Source: Octopus vulgaris (Eukaryota). From it: 64,000 nt of DNA. Made by a program: the position numbers and the translations under genes. The stretch is from assembly GCA_951406725.2 (NCBI GenBank), contig OX597824.1, positions 26,908,001-26,972,000 on the forward strand. The letters are read 5' to 3'. The notes beneath the pieces are model-generated. The model was given only the letters and a program-made list of their open reading frames with translations. It did not search any database and was not told the origin of the DNA. Below are positions 29,934 to 42,560 of the stretch, in pieces; positions within the stretch are counted from its first letter, which is position 1; each line of letters opens with the position of its first letter.

Positions 29934-30227
29934 CAGTAGTTCTCAAAGTTGGCGATACCGCACCACTAGGGGCGGTGGAAAGTTCCTTCCAAGGGGGCAT
30001 TGAAGAAAAGTGAGGTGATAATGGGGTGGCCAAAAGTGGGGTCATGATGTAAAAACAACAATATAACAGGTTAATTACGTTAAGTTTTTTTGGGGGGGGG
30101 GCGGGGATTGCAGTTGCTTTGAATTTGCTTAAGAAAGAGGTCTATCTTTATGGTGGTGTGTTGGGGTGGGGGCGCTAGGAATGTAGCCTGGGTACCAAGG
30201 CAGCCCGAAAAAGTTTGGGAACCACTA
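29934..30227. mobile_element. hAT (Charlie-like) MITE
   Basis: TIRs cagtagttctcaaa / tttgggaaccacta; exact 8-bp TSD gtctagaa (29926-29933, 30228-30235) matching the NTCTAGAN preference. Confidence 0.85.
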
Positions 30228-30329
30228 GTCTAGAATATCGTCCACAATTTTTTTCTCAAGTAAGAGCTGTGGTATTCGTCTGGAGATAATATTTCTTATA
30301 GGAGGTACTTTGTTTAAAATCGAAATATA

Positions 30330-30760
30330 TCAGTAACAAATATTCCATCCAAAAATAAAAGAATCTTGAAAAATCAACTAAAAAATATCAACTAGATTAT
30401 GGCTGGGGATAACAGTTTACTCAGAGTAATCACCCTCGGCTTCGACTACAACCTCAAGAATCACTGTGTCCTTTCGAACAACTCCTTGATCTTGACCGCT
30501 AGCTCGGCCATAGTGTCTTTCCCACACATTCATTCATAGGATTACAACCAGAGGTAAAAGGGGGACTAGAAATTGTGGCGGGTGAAGTCATAGAAATTCT
30601 CCGACAATCACTTCTGATTCCTTCCGGAGGTATGGCAAGGTACCGAATTCTCCTGTCCCATCCAGCAGCAATCCTCTCCAGCTAGTGTTCAACCAAAGAC
30701 TCTAGCAACTTGACATAGTTGTCTGAACTGGGCTTATGATATTGTTCTAAGGTGTGGGGA
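30330..30760 (-). pseudogene. Decayed Tc1/mariner (DDD-type) transposase C-terminus
   Basis: Minus-strand remnants VPCHTSGRNQK-LSENFYDF followed by a decayed WPPxSPDxNPxD-like segment. Confidence 0.6.
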
Positions 30761-30994
30761 TGAACGCTAGAATGAAGACGCAGTTAGAACGCCTGCTGTG
30801 TCCCTTCCTGCTGATCACTATTCCGCAGTCTCCGCTGCTGCTGCCCATATCACGTCTGGCAGCCTGTTACTGTATTCACAGAGCATTGAATAACAGTTAC
30901 GATGTCGGCATTTTGATACTCAACGCGAATTACCATGATACAGGTAACTCTTTTCCTACATGTACAGATGTCTTCCATTACTCCATATAACCTA

Positions 30995-32170
30995 AGCTTT
31001 TTATTTCGTTTTTGGATTTGTTTTGCAAGATTCTTTATATGAGTTCGTGTGTTGAAGTATATTCTGTTGTGCCTGGGGAGAGTCATTTTCTTTTTGTGCC
31101 TTATTATGTAACACAAAATAAAACTATTGAAAAAGTTGCAAGACGCAACGAAAATTTTAGGACAATAAAAATAAGAAAAAAGTAGAAATTTTACCGGTGA
31201 GTGTGTTACATAATAAGGCACAAAAAGAAAATGACTCTCCTCAGACGCAACAGACTAATCTTTTTAACTACATCTTTAATTTTTAACCTCCCCAGCACCA
31301 TTAACAGTTCACTGATACATCGAGCTGTTACTGGAGGCGGAAAATGTAGATATTAAAATCAGCTTCTGCGCAAACACCCTGTACGATTTCAGTAAAAATC
31401 CCATAAAAGCATGAACTCGTAAATTAGTCATTACTACGAAATAACTTCAGTTTTTAATTGCTTGTTTACTTAGAAGGTCACTTGTAGAAAAAGAGTTAAA
31501 TTCTTAAACAATTAATTATTAGTAACTTAAGAAGCACTTATGATACGTGCAACTGCTTTCCTATGTGTATAGATGGCTTTCAGCACTCTATGTCACTAAA
31601 TTTTTTTCAGCTACGCCTATAATCTTCATGCTCTCCAACACCTTTGACAGGTCCCCAATACATCAGCTTCTGCGCAAACACCCTGTATGATTTCAGTAAA
31701 AGCCATACAAAATCAAGTAACGCTTTTCACCACATCAATATGGCTGTTCGACGTTACTACCGTTGTTAACCCCAGGAAGAGCCTCCTCCAATTGGCTATC
31801 GATGCAAACTGCAACCGGTATATATAAAAACATGAACTCGTAAAGTAGTAATTACTGTGAAATATCTTTAGTCTTAAATTATATTTTTTTATATTTCGTT
31901 TTTGGATTTGGTTTGCAAGATCCTTTATATGAGTTCGTGTATTGAAGCATATGCTGTTGTGTCTGGGGAGAGTCATTTTCTTTCTGTGCCTTATTATTTA
32001 ACACACTCACCGGTAAAATTTCCACTTATTTCTTATTTTTATTTTCCTAAAATTTTCGTTGCGTCTTGCAATCTTTTCAATAGTCTTGTTTACTTCGAAA
32101 GTATGCTGTAGAAGAAGAGTTAGATCATTAAACAATTAATTATGAGTAACATAAGAAGCACTTGTTAAAG
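30995..32170. repeat. Local duplication of an interspersed repeat, first copy partly inverted
   Basis: 31002-31113 matches 31892-32003; 31120-31255 is the reverse complement of about 31950-32085; 31359-31540 recurs split at 31663 and 31830-32165. Confidence 0.7.
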
Positions 32171-32705
32171 GATGCAATAATTTCTTTCAGGGCACTATTG
32201 AGATTTCGTAGTTCTAAATCGTTTACCCAAATTTTTGTTTCACTATTGGTATCACTGCAGCTGTTTCTGATAGTAGTAGTTTAAATTACATGTTTATTTG
32301 TTTTATATTTACATTATTGCTGTTGAAATTACGTCTGTGTGTGCGTACAAAACTCTAAATCATCATTAGAAATGTGTAATTTAAAGATAATTTAATATTT
32401 ATAATACGAACAAATATGTCTCCGCAAAACTACGTTGAGTTATATTTTCCCGATGTGTGTGTGTGTTTGTGTGCGTGTGAGAGTGAGAAAGAGAGACAGG
32501 GAGAGATTTAAAATTGCACTAAAACAACAAAACAAAAGACAGATTTATGAGGGAACAGCAAACAAGCTGTTTGGTGCTCAAGAAAATTGGAAGTCTTCGA
32601 CGTTTCGAGCCTACTCTTTTCCACAGGAAGAAATGACGAGAGAATACAAATGGAGAGAGGAAAGAAGAAACGGAGAAACAAAAAACTTGTCTCCATTATC
32701 TATAT

Positions 32706-33118
32706 AGGCGCAGGAGAGACTGTGTGGTGAGTAGCTTGCTTACCAACCACATGGTTCCGGATTCATTCCCACTGAGTGGCACCTTGGGAAAGTGTCTTCT
32801 ACTATAGCCTCGGGCCACCCAAAGCCTTGTGAGTGGATTTGGTAGATGGAAATTGAAAGAAGCACGTCGTATATATGTATAAATATATGTATGTGTGTGT
32901 ATATGCTTGTGTGTCTGTATTTGTCCCCCAACATCGCTTGATAACCGATGGTGTGTTTACATCCCCGTAACATAGCGGTTCGGCAAAATAAACCGATAGA
33001 ATAAGTACTAGGCTTACAAAAAATAAGTCCTGGGGTCGATTTGCTCGACTGAAGGCCGTGCTCCAGCATGGTTACAGTCAAAATGACTGAAACGAGTAAA
33101 AAGAGTAAAAGAGAGAGT
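32706..33118 (+). mobile_element. SINE-A
   Basis: Full-length homology. Confidence 0.9.
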
Positions 33119-33162
33119 AAGGATATATATGTATGTTCGTTCGATTCTAATTCTATGTATAC

Positions 33163-33197
<35 letters not shown>

Positions 33198-33231
33198 TGT
33201 ATGTATGTATGTATGTATGTATGTATCTATC

Positions 33232-33271
<40 letters not shown>

Positions 33272-33964
33272 CATTGTAATATATTTGTGTGTATAGATAA
33301 ACAGAGAGATAGATTGATATATATGAAACATACATTCATACATACATAGACACAAACACACACACACTGTAACTTTATGTGTATGTCTGTATGTATACAA
33401 ATTTGTGTATGTGTGCATGCCTCTGTGTGCGTGGGCGTGTGTGTTCATGCCTCTATGTGCGTGGACGTGTTTGTGTATGTGTATGCGTGTGTGCTTGTGT
33501 GTTGTGTGAACGCATGTAATCGAAGAGACAGAGGGCAGAAGACAATTAGAGGGAAGCTAAAGGAGCTGTGAAATAGATGTAATTAGCGGTTCTGTAAGGA
33601 CAAATACATCTAATGAGGTGAACCGCTCACACAATACATTTATATAATCGACCGTGTATCTAGATATTGTGCGCCCGCGCGCGGGTGCGGTGTGCGTCTA
33701 CGCTTTTGAGTGAGTGAGTGTGTATGCATGCGTGTGCGTGTATATAAACGCATGCTCACATACACACATATTGTGGTATCTCAGGAGGGTCGTTATGCCA
33801 ATATATTTATATATTAATGTTTGTATTTATGTGGTCATGATAAAAACAATTTAGCATTAATCGAATAATTACATAACTTTAGCAGAGTAAGTATAGATTA
33901 AGCTTTTACAAGAAGGGTGGCTGTGACTTCGTAGTTACACATACATGTGTGTATATATATGTGT

Positions 33965-34307
33965 GAAGGCGCATGGCTCAGTGGTTAGAGCGTGGAGCTT
34001 ACAATCGTGAGTTTGTGAGCTCGAATTCCGACCGGGAGCTGCGTGTTGTGTTCTTGAGCAAGACACTTTATTTCACGTTGCTCCAGTTCACTCAACTGTA
34101 GAAATGAGTTGCGACGTCACAGGTGCCAAGCTGTATCGGCCCCTTTGCCTTTCCCTTGGATAACACTGGTGGTGTGGAGAGGATAAACCAGTATGCATGG
34201 GCGACTGCTGGTCTTCCATAACCAACCTTGCCCGGACTTGTGCCTAGGAGGGTAAACTTTCTAGGTGCAATCCCATGGTCTGTGTCGTGACCGAAGGGGG
34301 TCTCAAA
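33965..34307 (+). mobile_element. SINE-C (tRNA-derived, approx. 340 bp)
   Basis: A box tggctcagtggttagagcg, B-box-like gagctcgaattcc, core cttgagcaagacacttta...gctccagttcactca. Confidence 0.85.
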
Positions 34308-34311
34308 TATG

Positions 34312-34355
<44 letters not shown>

Positions 34356-34359
<4 letters not shown>

Positions 34360-34689
34360 TCAGTGATTAGAGCGTCGACCTTACGATCGTGGGGTTGTGA
34401 GCTCGAATTCCGGACCTGGGGCTGCGTGTTGTGTTCTTGAGCAAGACACTTTATTTCACGTTGCTCCAGTTCACTCAGCTGTAGAAATGAGTTGCGACGT
34501 CACAGGTGCCAAGCTGTATCGGCCCCTTCGCCTTTCCCTTGGATAACACTGGTGGTGTGGAGAGGGGAGGCTGGTATGCATGGGCGACTGTTGGTCTTCC
34601 ATAAACAACACTGCACGGACTTGTGCCTGGGAGGATAACTTTCTAGGTGCAATCCCATGGTCTGTGTCATAACCGAAGGGGGTCTTAAA
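34356..34689 (+). mobile_element. SINE-C tandem second copy (diverged relatives at about 29214-29460 and 48403-48700)
   Basis: Colinear with 33965-34307, separated by (TA)n. Confidence 0.85.
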
Positions 34690-34696
34690 TACTTAC

Positions 34697-34774
<78 letters not shown>

Positions 34775-34894
34775 GTACATATTTAGTCGTGAGCAGAAAC
34801 AGAACTATACCGGTAACACAATAAATTCTACGAGATAAAAACCAAATTTGTCAAAGCGCAGATGGATGTAGGAGAGTTAATGGTTACTTTTTTG

Positions 34895-35100
34895 CTCTCT
34901 TTCACTTGTTTCAGTCATTTGACTGCGGGCATGCTGGAGCACCACCTTTAGTCGAGCAAATCGACTCCCAGGACTTATCCTTTGTAAGCCTAGTACTTAT
35001 TCTATCGGTCTCGTTTGCCGAACCGCTAAGTTACGGGGACGTAAGCACACCAGCATCGGTTGTCAAGCGATGCTGGAGGACAAACACAGGCACACAAACA
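34895..35100 (-). mobile_element. SINE-A 3' half
   Basis: Homology to the reference 3' part. Confidence 0.8.
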
Positions 35101-35104
35101 CACA

Positions 35105-35185
<81 letters not shown>

Positions 35186-36143
35186 CCATAAACAAATTTC
35201 TTATCAGCGTGTATGTTTCTATTAAGGCTTTATTAATAAATGTTACAATGGAAAATAAACCGACTAATACTTGCACAGAGAAATCAAAGCGGATCACAGA
35301 AAAGGGTCTCGTTTGTGGATAATGTCTTTGGACTTGATCATTTACCTGACCATCTTACCAAACTATTTTGGAGAGACTTGAAATGATAGTAATCGAATTT
35401 GGGGAAAGAATCAGTATACAGCGGTATGAGGGAATGAAAGAATGTAGGAGAGAGGAAGCCAGGGAGAGAGAGAAAGGGGGGGGACAAAGAGACAGACAGA
35501 CAGACAGACAGGCAGACAAACAGAGACGAGACGGAGAGTGTCTCTGTGTATGTTTACGTGTGTATTTGTGTGCGTGTGTATGGTGATAGAGGTTGAAATA
35601 TTTCGAAAGGTATGATAGATATTTTAGGAAAGGAAGGAGCGAATAAGTGACCGAGGGAGGAAAAGGCGGAGAGAGAAAGTGGGTGTACAAGTATGGAGGG
35701 GAAGTTGTAGGAGGTGGGTGAGAGAAAGAGAGAGAGAGAGAGTGAGAGAGAGACAGTAACAGAAAGAGAGTGGTGTGAATGATAGGGAGTGTGACGAGAG
35801 CTAAATACAGTGATGGCGTTTGATTGTGCAAAGTTATGTGTATCGAGAGAGTAATGAATATAGACAAACAATGAATGTATGCGTGTATTATTATGATTGT
35901 GTGTGTTTATGTGTGTGCGTACGTGTGTGCATACGTGCGCGTGTGTGAGTGTTTCAATGTGTGTGTGTGTCAGAGAGAGAGAGTGTGTGTGTGTAAGACA
36001 GGGCGAATAGAGTGTGGGTGAGAAATTTGTGAAAAATAGATGTTAACGATGAGGGGTAGTATGAGACGAAGTTACCTAGGAAGAAAGAAAGAGGGAGGGA
36101 AGGAGAATTCTAGAGAGTGTAAAAGAAAAAAATAAGAAATTCA

Positions 36144-36194
<51 letters not shown>

Positions 36195-36895
36195 GTGTAA
36201 GTAGGGAGAAAGAAATTAGATATGAAAATGAGTTAATAAGAGAAAGCAAGGAAATGAATGATAGAGTTAAAATATAGAGATAACAAGAGGGAGGAAGAGG
36301 GGAGAAAGAAAAAGAAAGAAACAAGAAAGAGAGGGAGAACAAGAGCAAGAAAGAGAGAGTGATGGAAAGAGAGGGAGTGGACGGAGGAGAAACGGAGATG
36401 AAGTTGTGCGCATGTGTATGAGAGTGAACGAGCAAGAAAATGCCTCTGTGAAGAGTGATAAAATGACAAGATCTCCAGAACCTTTATCAAAACACACAAA
36501 AGCCTCATTAGATGACCATTGAGAAATTGCTTTTCAATTGATTATGCCTCTAGCATCTCACTACACCTTATTTCATGCAGTACGATCATTCAGCAACTTA
36601 ATTTGCCGATCCGGGTTCGAATCTAGTTAAATCTACGCTTCATGACATGTTATTTTGTCGCAAATGTTTTCTTTGTCGTTGTCAGGTCCTGATTAACTAT
36701 TAATCAATCAATCAATCTAAGATCGTGATTAAGGCATTAAAGAGAAAAGGGGGCACTACTGGACTATTTTTTCCCAGTGTTTCTATTTATTATGCTTCAA
36801 AGGGTAAATCACAAGATACGAGATTTTTTTCCTTTTTCATTTTGAAAAGCGGTAATTGGGAAAGAGAGAAAAAAATAGTAAGAGAAAAAAATAAC

Positions 36896-36935
<40 letters not shown>

Positions 36936-36937
36936 AG

Positions 36938-36979
<42 letters not shown>

Positions 36980-36981
36980 AG

Positions 36982-37034
<53 letters not shown>

Positions 37035-37058
37035 GATAGATAGATAGATAGAGAGAAG

Positions 37059-37153
<95 letters not shown>

Positions 37154-37328
37154 CAGATAGAGAAATAGAGAGAGGGAAGAAGAGTGAGAGGGAGTGAGAG
37201 AGAGTGAGAGAGCGAGAGAAAGGCAGAGGGAGAGGCAGAGAGAAAGAGAGTGGCAGAGAGAGAGAGACACACACACACAGAGGTACAGAAAGAGATATGC
37301 ACAGAGATAGAGAGCGGCACAGAGTGAG

Positions 37329-37374
<46 letters not shown>

Positions 37375-37601
37375 ACAGAAGTATTGACAGAGAAGGAGAG
37401 AGACATAGAGAAAGTAAGTGGCAGAGACAAAAGAGGCACACAGAGAAGTACAGAGTGAAACAGAGAGAGAAGCTGAGACAGAGAGAGAAAGACAGAGAGA
37501 GGCAGAGAGAGGGAGAGAGAGAGAGAGAGAGAGGTAGAGAAAGAGAAGCAGAACGAGAGAGAGAAGCAGAGAAAGAACGAGAGGCAGAGAGACAAAGAGA
37601 G

Positions 37602-37636
<35 letters not shown>

Positions 37637-37971
37637 GAGAGAGAGTGAGAAAGAGAGACAGAAGGAGGGAATATGGGAATATTTTCGTCAAAATACTCAA
37701 ATGACGACATGTCCAGACACTTTACAGTAGTTTTGCATTTTGTATAGGTGAGATAGATCTTTTCCGTCCCTCAAAACAAAGACCTGGCCATAATGCTTAC
37801 ATCAGAGTGGACTTTACTACAGGTATTAAAGAGGTACGAATTTGCTCATTTTTCTTCTATTTGACACTCCATCGTCAGATATACAAGAAAAAAGCCTAAA
37901 TGTTGGGGGTTGGTAGCCTGCTCTCTTAACCATTATGCCATTCAGCGACCTGTAATAATAGTAATAATAAC

Positions 37972-38033
<62 letters not shown>

Positions 38034-38116
38034 CAACAAGTGCAAAAGATTGTCTTAAAAAATGAACGAACTATTGAGTTTGGTTTAATGGCGACCTGAA
38101 TAATAGTAATAATAAC

Positions 38117-38164
<48 letters not shown>

Positions 38165-38166
<2 letters not shown>

Positions 38167-38297
38167 CATCGAAAAATACCTTAGGAATGAGAACCCAGGC
38201 TCGGAATTTCCCCAAGACACATGATGAAGGTTGGAGGTTATATCAGCCGAAACGTTGTGTTAACAACAAACAAGATTAGGACAAATATCCATCAAAT
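38165..38297 (+). mobile_element. (AAT)n-associated short element with a decayed minimal hammerhead, interrupted by SINE-A
   Basis: gacac-aTGATGA-a-ggttg...cagcc-GAAA-cgtt-gtgtt (38216-38261); homologous to 3079-3228. Confidence 0.62.
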
Positions 38298-38718
38298 AGG
38301 CGCAGGAGTGGCTGTGTGGTAAGTAGCTTACTAACCAACCACATGGTTCAGGGTTCAGTCCCACAGCGTGGCATCTTGGGCAAGTGTCTTCTGCTATAGC
38401 CCCGGGCCGACCAATGCCTTGTGAGTGGATTTGGTAGACGGAAACTGAAAGAAGCCTGTCGTATATATGTATATATATGTATATATGTGTATGTGTGTGT
38501 GTTTGTGTGTGTGTGTTTGTCCCCCTAGCATTGCTTGACAACCGATGCTGGTGTGTTTACGTCCCCGTCACTTAGCGGTTTGGCAAAAGAGACCGATAGA
38601 ATAAGTACTGGGCTTACAAAGAATAAGTCCCGGGGTCGATTTGCTCGACTAAAGGCGGTGCTCCAGCATGGCCGCAGTCAAATGACTGAAACAAGTAAAA
38701 GAGTAAAAGAGTAAAAGA
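38298..38718 (+). mobile_element. SINE-A (tRNA-derived, approx. 420 bp), full-length reference copy
   Basis: A-box-like tggctgtgtgg, B-box-like ggttcagtccc, internal TA/TG microsatellite, (gagtaaaa)n tail; about 19 copies in the window. Confidence 0.9.
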
Positions 38719-39121
38719 ATAAATGTAAGTAAAGCTGAAATGCATTCAAATTTAGAAAATTTATGTAAAAATTGTAGCTGATGAATAGAACTACGTAAAT
38801 TCTTTCTACACAAGGGCTGAAATTTTCGGAGGGGACTAGTTGATTGCAAAGATCCCAGTGTTTCACTATTACTTAATTTATACATCCTGAAAGAATGAAA
38901 GGTAAAGTCGACCTCGGCAGAATTTGAAATCAGGACTTGGCGACGAGTGAAATACCGCTAAGCACTTCGTCGGCGTGCTAAGGATTCTGCCAACTCGCCG
39001 CCTTCATAGAACTGCATATATAAAATAAGATAAAATAAAATAAATAATTTAAAATTTAAAATAAAACACTGTGCCAAAAAAATAGGCACAGGAGCATCTG
39101 TATGGTAAGTAGCTTGCTAAC

Positions 39122-41136
39122 GCACATGCGCTGTTAGTCAGTTTCTTCCAGTTGAACCAGAGTGGACGTGAGCTTGCTAGCTCCGTCCAATTATAGAAAA
39201 AAGACCAAAAACAGAGAAAGTTGTCGAGGTAAGTGACTTTGTTGTGAACTGGGCATAATTTGTTGCGTGCGAATTATTTTTTCAGTAAATTGTGTCCAGC
39301 TCTAGGACAATTTCACCTGCTCTCGGCTGCTGCTGTTTTTGCGTTTATTGGAAAAAAAAACAGTGGAGGGGCGTATCCTCGTCCGAATGAATGGAACCCA
39401 ATACAGTTGAAGTTACCGTTGGCGGTGGCCAGTGCTGCTGTGGTCGATTTTGTTGGATTTATTTTACCATTGGACGGCCAGGAGTACCTTTTAGGCCGAA
39501 AACTTGATTCCTTTGTCGGATTTTGAACACTCTTCTTCGAGCTATCATTTATTTAAAAAAAAAAAGAACTTTCTTGAACTGTTAATTATTTTATTTCTTC
39601 TCTTCTGTTCTGTTATTCCTTCTCTCCTTTGTGTTTTATTTTATATTTTGAACTTTTTTGAACTAGTTTTTCAATGACAAAGGAATTTCTTGTGTGGGAG
39701 TTGACACCTCCAAAAAATATTTAAAAGAGCTGGAAAGGAAGACCGTGGTGTTGAGGACTTATTCGAAGTCGCTCTACACCATAGCCGTCTTCCCAAAGGC
39801 CACCATTTTGAACGAGCTGGCGGACTACATGCCAGCCGTTAAATTTATCTCGCGGGGAGTCAAATATGCAACGGTCTGGTTGCTATTTGACTCCCCACAA
39901 GAAGCTTGCGACTTTGCAAGCCAGCCCCTTGATGGCAAAGAAATATTATTCTTGCCAAATTACATGGAGAAAAAGCTATTAAAAGCTTGGATCTGTGGCC
40001 TACCACCCGGAGTTGAGCCCGAGTGGATAGAGGACTCTATCCGCCGGGGTCTGGGTGGTAGCAATACCAAGTTGCTGAGTGTTAACATGTTGCCTGCGGC
40101 TGATTGGGAGGGGTCGAAAGCTGTTTTGACCCTATGGACCCAATCAGCGGAAAGTCTGGTTTTTCCAGATTTCTTGAGGATGGACGGGTCCAGGTATCCG
40201 ATGATGCTTGAGGAACGCCCCCCCCCCCCCAAGTGTCACCTGTTCCTGGAGACCGGCCACATTAAGAAGAACTGCCCCAGGGACCAAAGTAGGATCCTGG
40301 AGCAGTTAATGGTGGAATCTCTCCCTGCTCCCCCAATGGAGGGAGAGAAGCAGAAGAGTGACGAGGAGGTTGTTACATCCTCAAAATGTAAAAGAAAGGT
40401 GGACAACAATGGTGACCCACCGAAAGACCCGGAGCTGCGGGAGAAAAAGAGGACCCGTTGTGTGCACCACAGGAACCTCAACCTCCCGCGGCCCAGGGAA
40501 AAAAGAAAAAAAGAAAAAAGAGAAACGGGACGCCGCCGGCGGATTGTGACACGCAGACGGCGTCTCCCGAGCCTCCTCAGGCGGATGTGCCGCCGGAGGT
40601 CAGTTATGTGGTCCTCTTCCACAAAGGAGGGACCATTGAGAATGAAATAAGGAAAATGAAAAGGAGGGGCCAATGGGAGGGACTTCAGTCCTGCACGGAA
40701 GACCCTAAGTGGCCTTCGCAGATAGCTGCGGAGGTCCTATGGGAAAATGATTTGTGCAGGATCGCGAATTCCTTCCCGGCGAACACCTTTGGATTTGTAC
40801 TAGTGTGGTCTGGCCTGGAAACGAGAGAGTGCTTCAATGAAGCAAGAGCGCTGGTCGGCCGGGTGACCTGAACTTTTTGTATATTTTGAAGGAACATTGT
40901 ATCATATTGAAACCTGAACTTTCTGCATATTTTAAAAGAACATTGTAAGAGGTTTATTGCCTCATTATGATTTGTTGAAAAAAGAACATTGTTTTAGAGA
41001 AGCGGAAGTCGGCGGGCGCTTTCGTCTTCTCCCATCATCATCTTCATTCCATCACCATCATTCATACCTTTAATGTCTATGTCCAGCCCGCAAAGCTACA
41101 TCTGTGTAATGCCCCTGTGGCAAATTAGATAAAATA
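39122..41136 (+). mobile_element. Non-autonomous ORF1-only (HAL1-like) L1/Tx1-type retroelement, apparently full length, inserted in a SINE-A head
   Basis: Flanked by a 15-bp direct repeat aagtagcttgctaac (39107-39121, 41137-41151). SINE-A head 39084-39121 resumes at 41137. About 550-bp 5' UTR, gag-like ORF1, short 3' UTR ending at AATAAA (41133-41138). No RT or endonuclease. Confidence 0.85.
39674..40871 (+). pseudogene. ORF1 (RRM-like region plus zinc knuckle) of the L1/Tx1-type element, frameshifted
   Basis: ORF 39694-40650 has LLKAWICGLPPGVEPEWIEDSI and ...PPKCHLFLETGHIKKNCP (CX2CX4HX4C with the second Cys lost). Likely ATG at 39674 is in another frame. C-terminus probably continues in ORF 40458-40871. 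Confidence 0.75.
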
Positions 41137-41500
41137 AAGTAGCTTGCTAACCAGCCACATGGTTCCGAGTTCAGTCCCACTGTGTTGTACCTTGGGCAAG
41201 TGTCTTCTATTTTAGCCTCGAGCCGACCTAAGACTTGTGAGTGGATTTGGTAGACGGAAACTGAAAGAAGCCCGTCGTATATATGTATATATATGTGCAT
41301 GTGTGTATATATGTTTGTGTGTCTGTTTGTTCCCCCAACATCGCTTGACAACCGATGGTGGTGTGTTTATGTCCCCGTAACTTAGCGGTTCGGCAAAAGA
41401 CACCGATAGAAAAAGTACTAGGCTTACAAAGAATAAGTCCTGGGGTCGATTTGCTCGACTAAAGCATGGTCGCAGTCAAATGACTGAAACAAGTAATAGA
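41137..41500 (+). mobile_element. SINE-A body (head displaced to 39084-39121)
   Basis: Starts exactly at the duplicated 15-mer. Confidence 0.88.
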
Positions 41501-41887
41501 GAGAGAGAGTGTGTTAAATCCATTAGATTAAAACTTTTTATTATTATGGCTTAAGCCGCAGCCATAGTGCAAAGTCCGTGCACAAAACTTCTCGAACCAA
41601 CTTCACTGACTCAATCAAGTTGTCGACGTGTGATGACAGTATCTTCTTCTTACATCACCATGAAGTGGGTTACACAAGACTAATCTGGTTGATTTCAGAT
41701 CAGGGTGGCGTACGCAGTGACCAGATATTCGCAACCGTCTTTGCGAATATACCTGATCCTGTCGCTGCCGAAATAAATAAATGAACGAATTTATCTGATA
41801 ACCTAATATTTGGTTCCTGAGATTCTTGACGTGAACTTGTGTCTTGAAACATTCTGCTGTGTATGGGGAGGCTCATTATGTCAATAA

Positions 41888-42088
41888 TCTTTTCTGCTAT
41901 AGGCACAAGGCCTGAAATTTTGGGAGAATGGGCAAGTCGATTACATCGACCCTGGTACTTAATTTATCGACCCCGAAAGGATGAAAGATAAAGATGACCT
42001 CGGCGGAAGTTGAACTCAGAACGTAGCGGCAGACGAAACACCGATAAGCCTTTCGCCCGGCATGCTAACGATTCTGCCAGCTCGCCAT
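41888..42088 (-). mobile_element. SINE-B (further copies about 9060-9230, 10140-10265, 10290-10430, 38885-39003, 48810-48955, 58130-58290 on minus; 45640-45735 on plus)
   Basis: gacctcggcggaa.ttgaactcagaacgtagcggcagacgaaa...ctaacgattctgccagctcgcc. Confidence 0.85.
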
Positions 42089-42523
42089 AAACACACGCAC
42101 TGGTTCTATTTTACTTCTTTTATTATTATTAGTTGACTGATTAAATGGTCAAAGAATTGACTAATGATATTAATGCAAGAATCTAAATACAGAAGGTATA
42201 ATATTTGATATTGCTGTAGGGTCTGACCGAAGAAATGACTCTGAATTAAGGAAAAATATTACTGCAAGGCACAATCTTGATGAATAAAGACTGGTGATTG
42301 ATGATTGATGATTGATGTATCTTACCTGAGCTAAACCATTGGCTAACTGTTAGTTGACAGACAATTGTAACTAATCTTCGCCAGTAATGTCTCCTTGTAA
42401 TGGGGGAAGTAGCCAAATGCTAGAACGAGAACTTCTTACACTTGAACAGCCAATATTCTTTAACATTCTCGAATTTGGTTTATGCCCTTGCTGCCGACAT
42501 CATCATCATTGTTGACATCATCG

Positions 42524-42560
<37 letters not shown>

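Noticed and set aside
33965-34040. tRNA-like sequence
   Set aside because: Head of SINE-C; it continues into the SINE body and has no proper acceptor stem.
36790-37710. 306-aa Leu/Ser ORF
   Set aside because: (GA)n and (GATA)n microsatellite.
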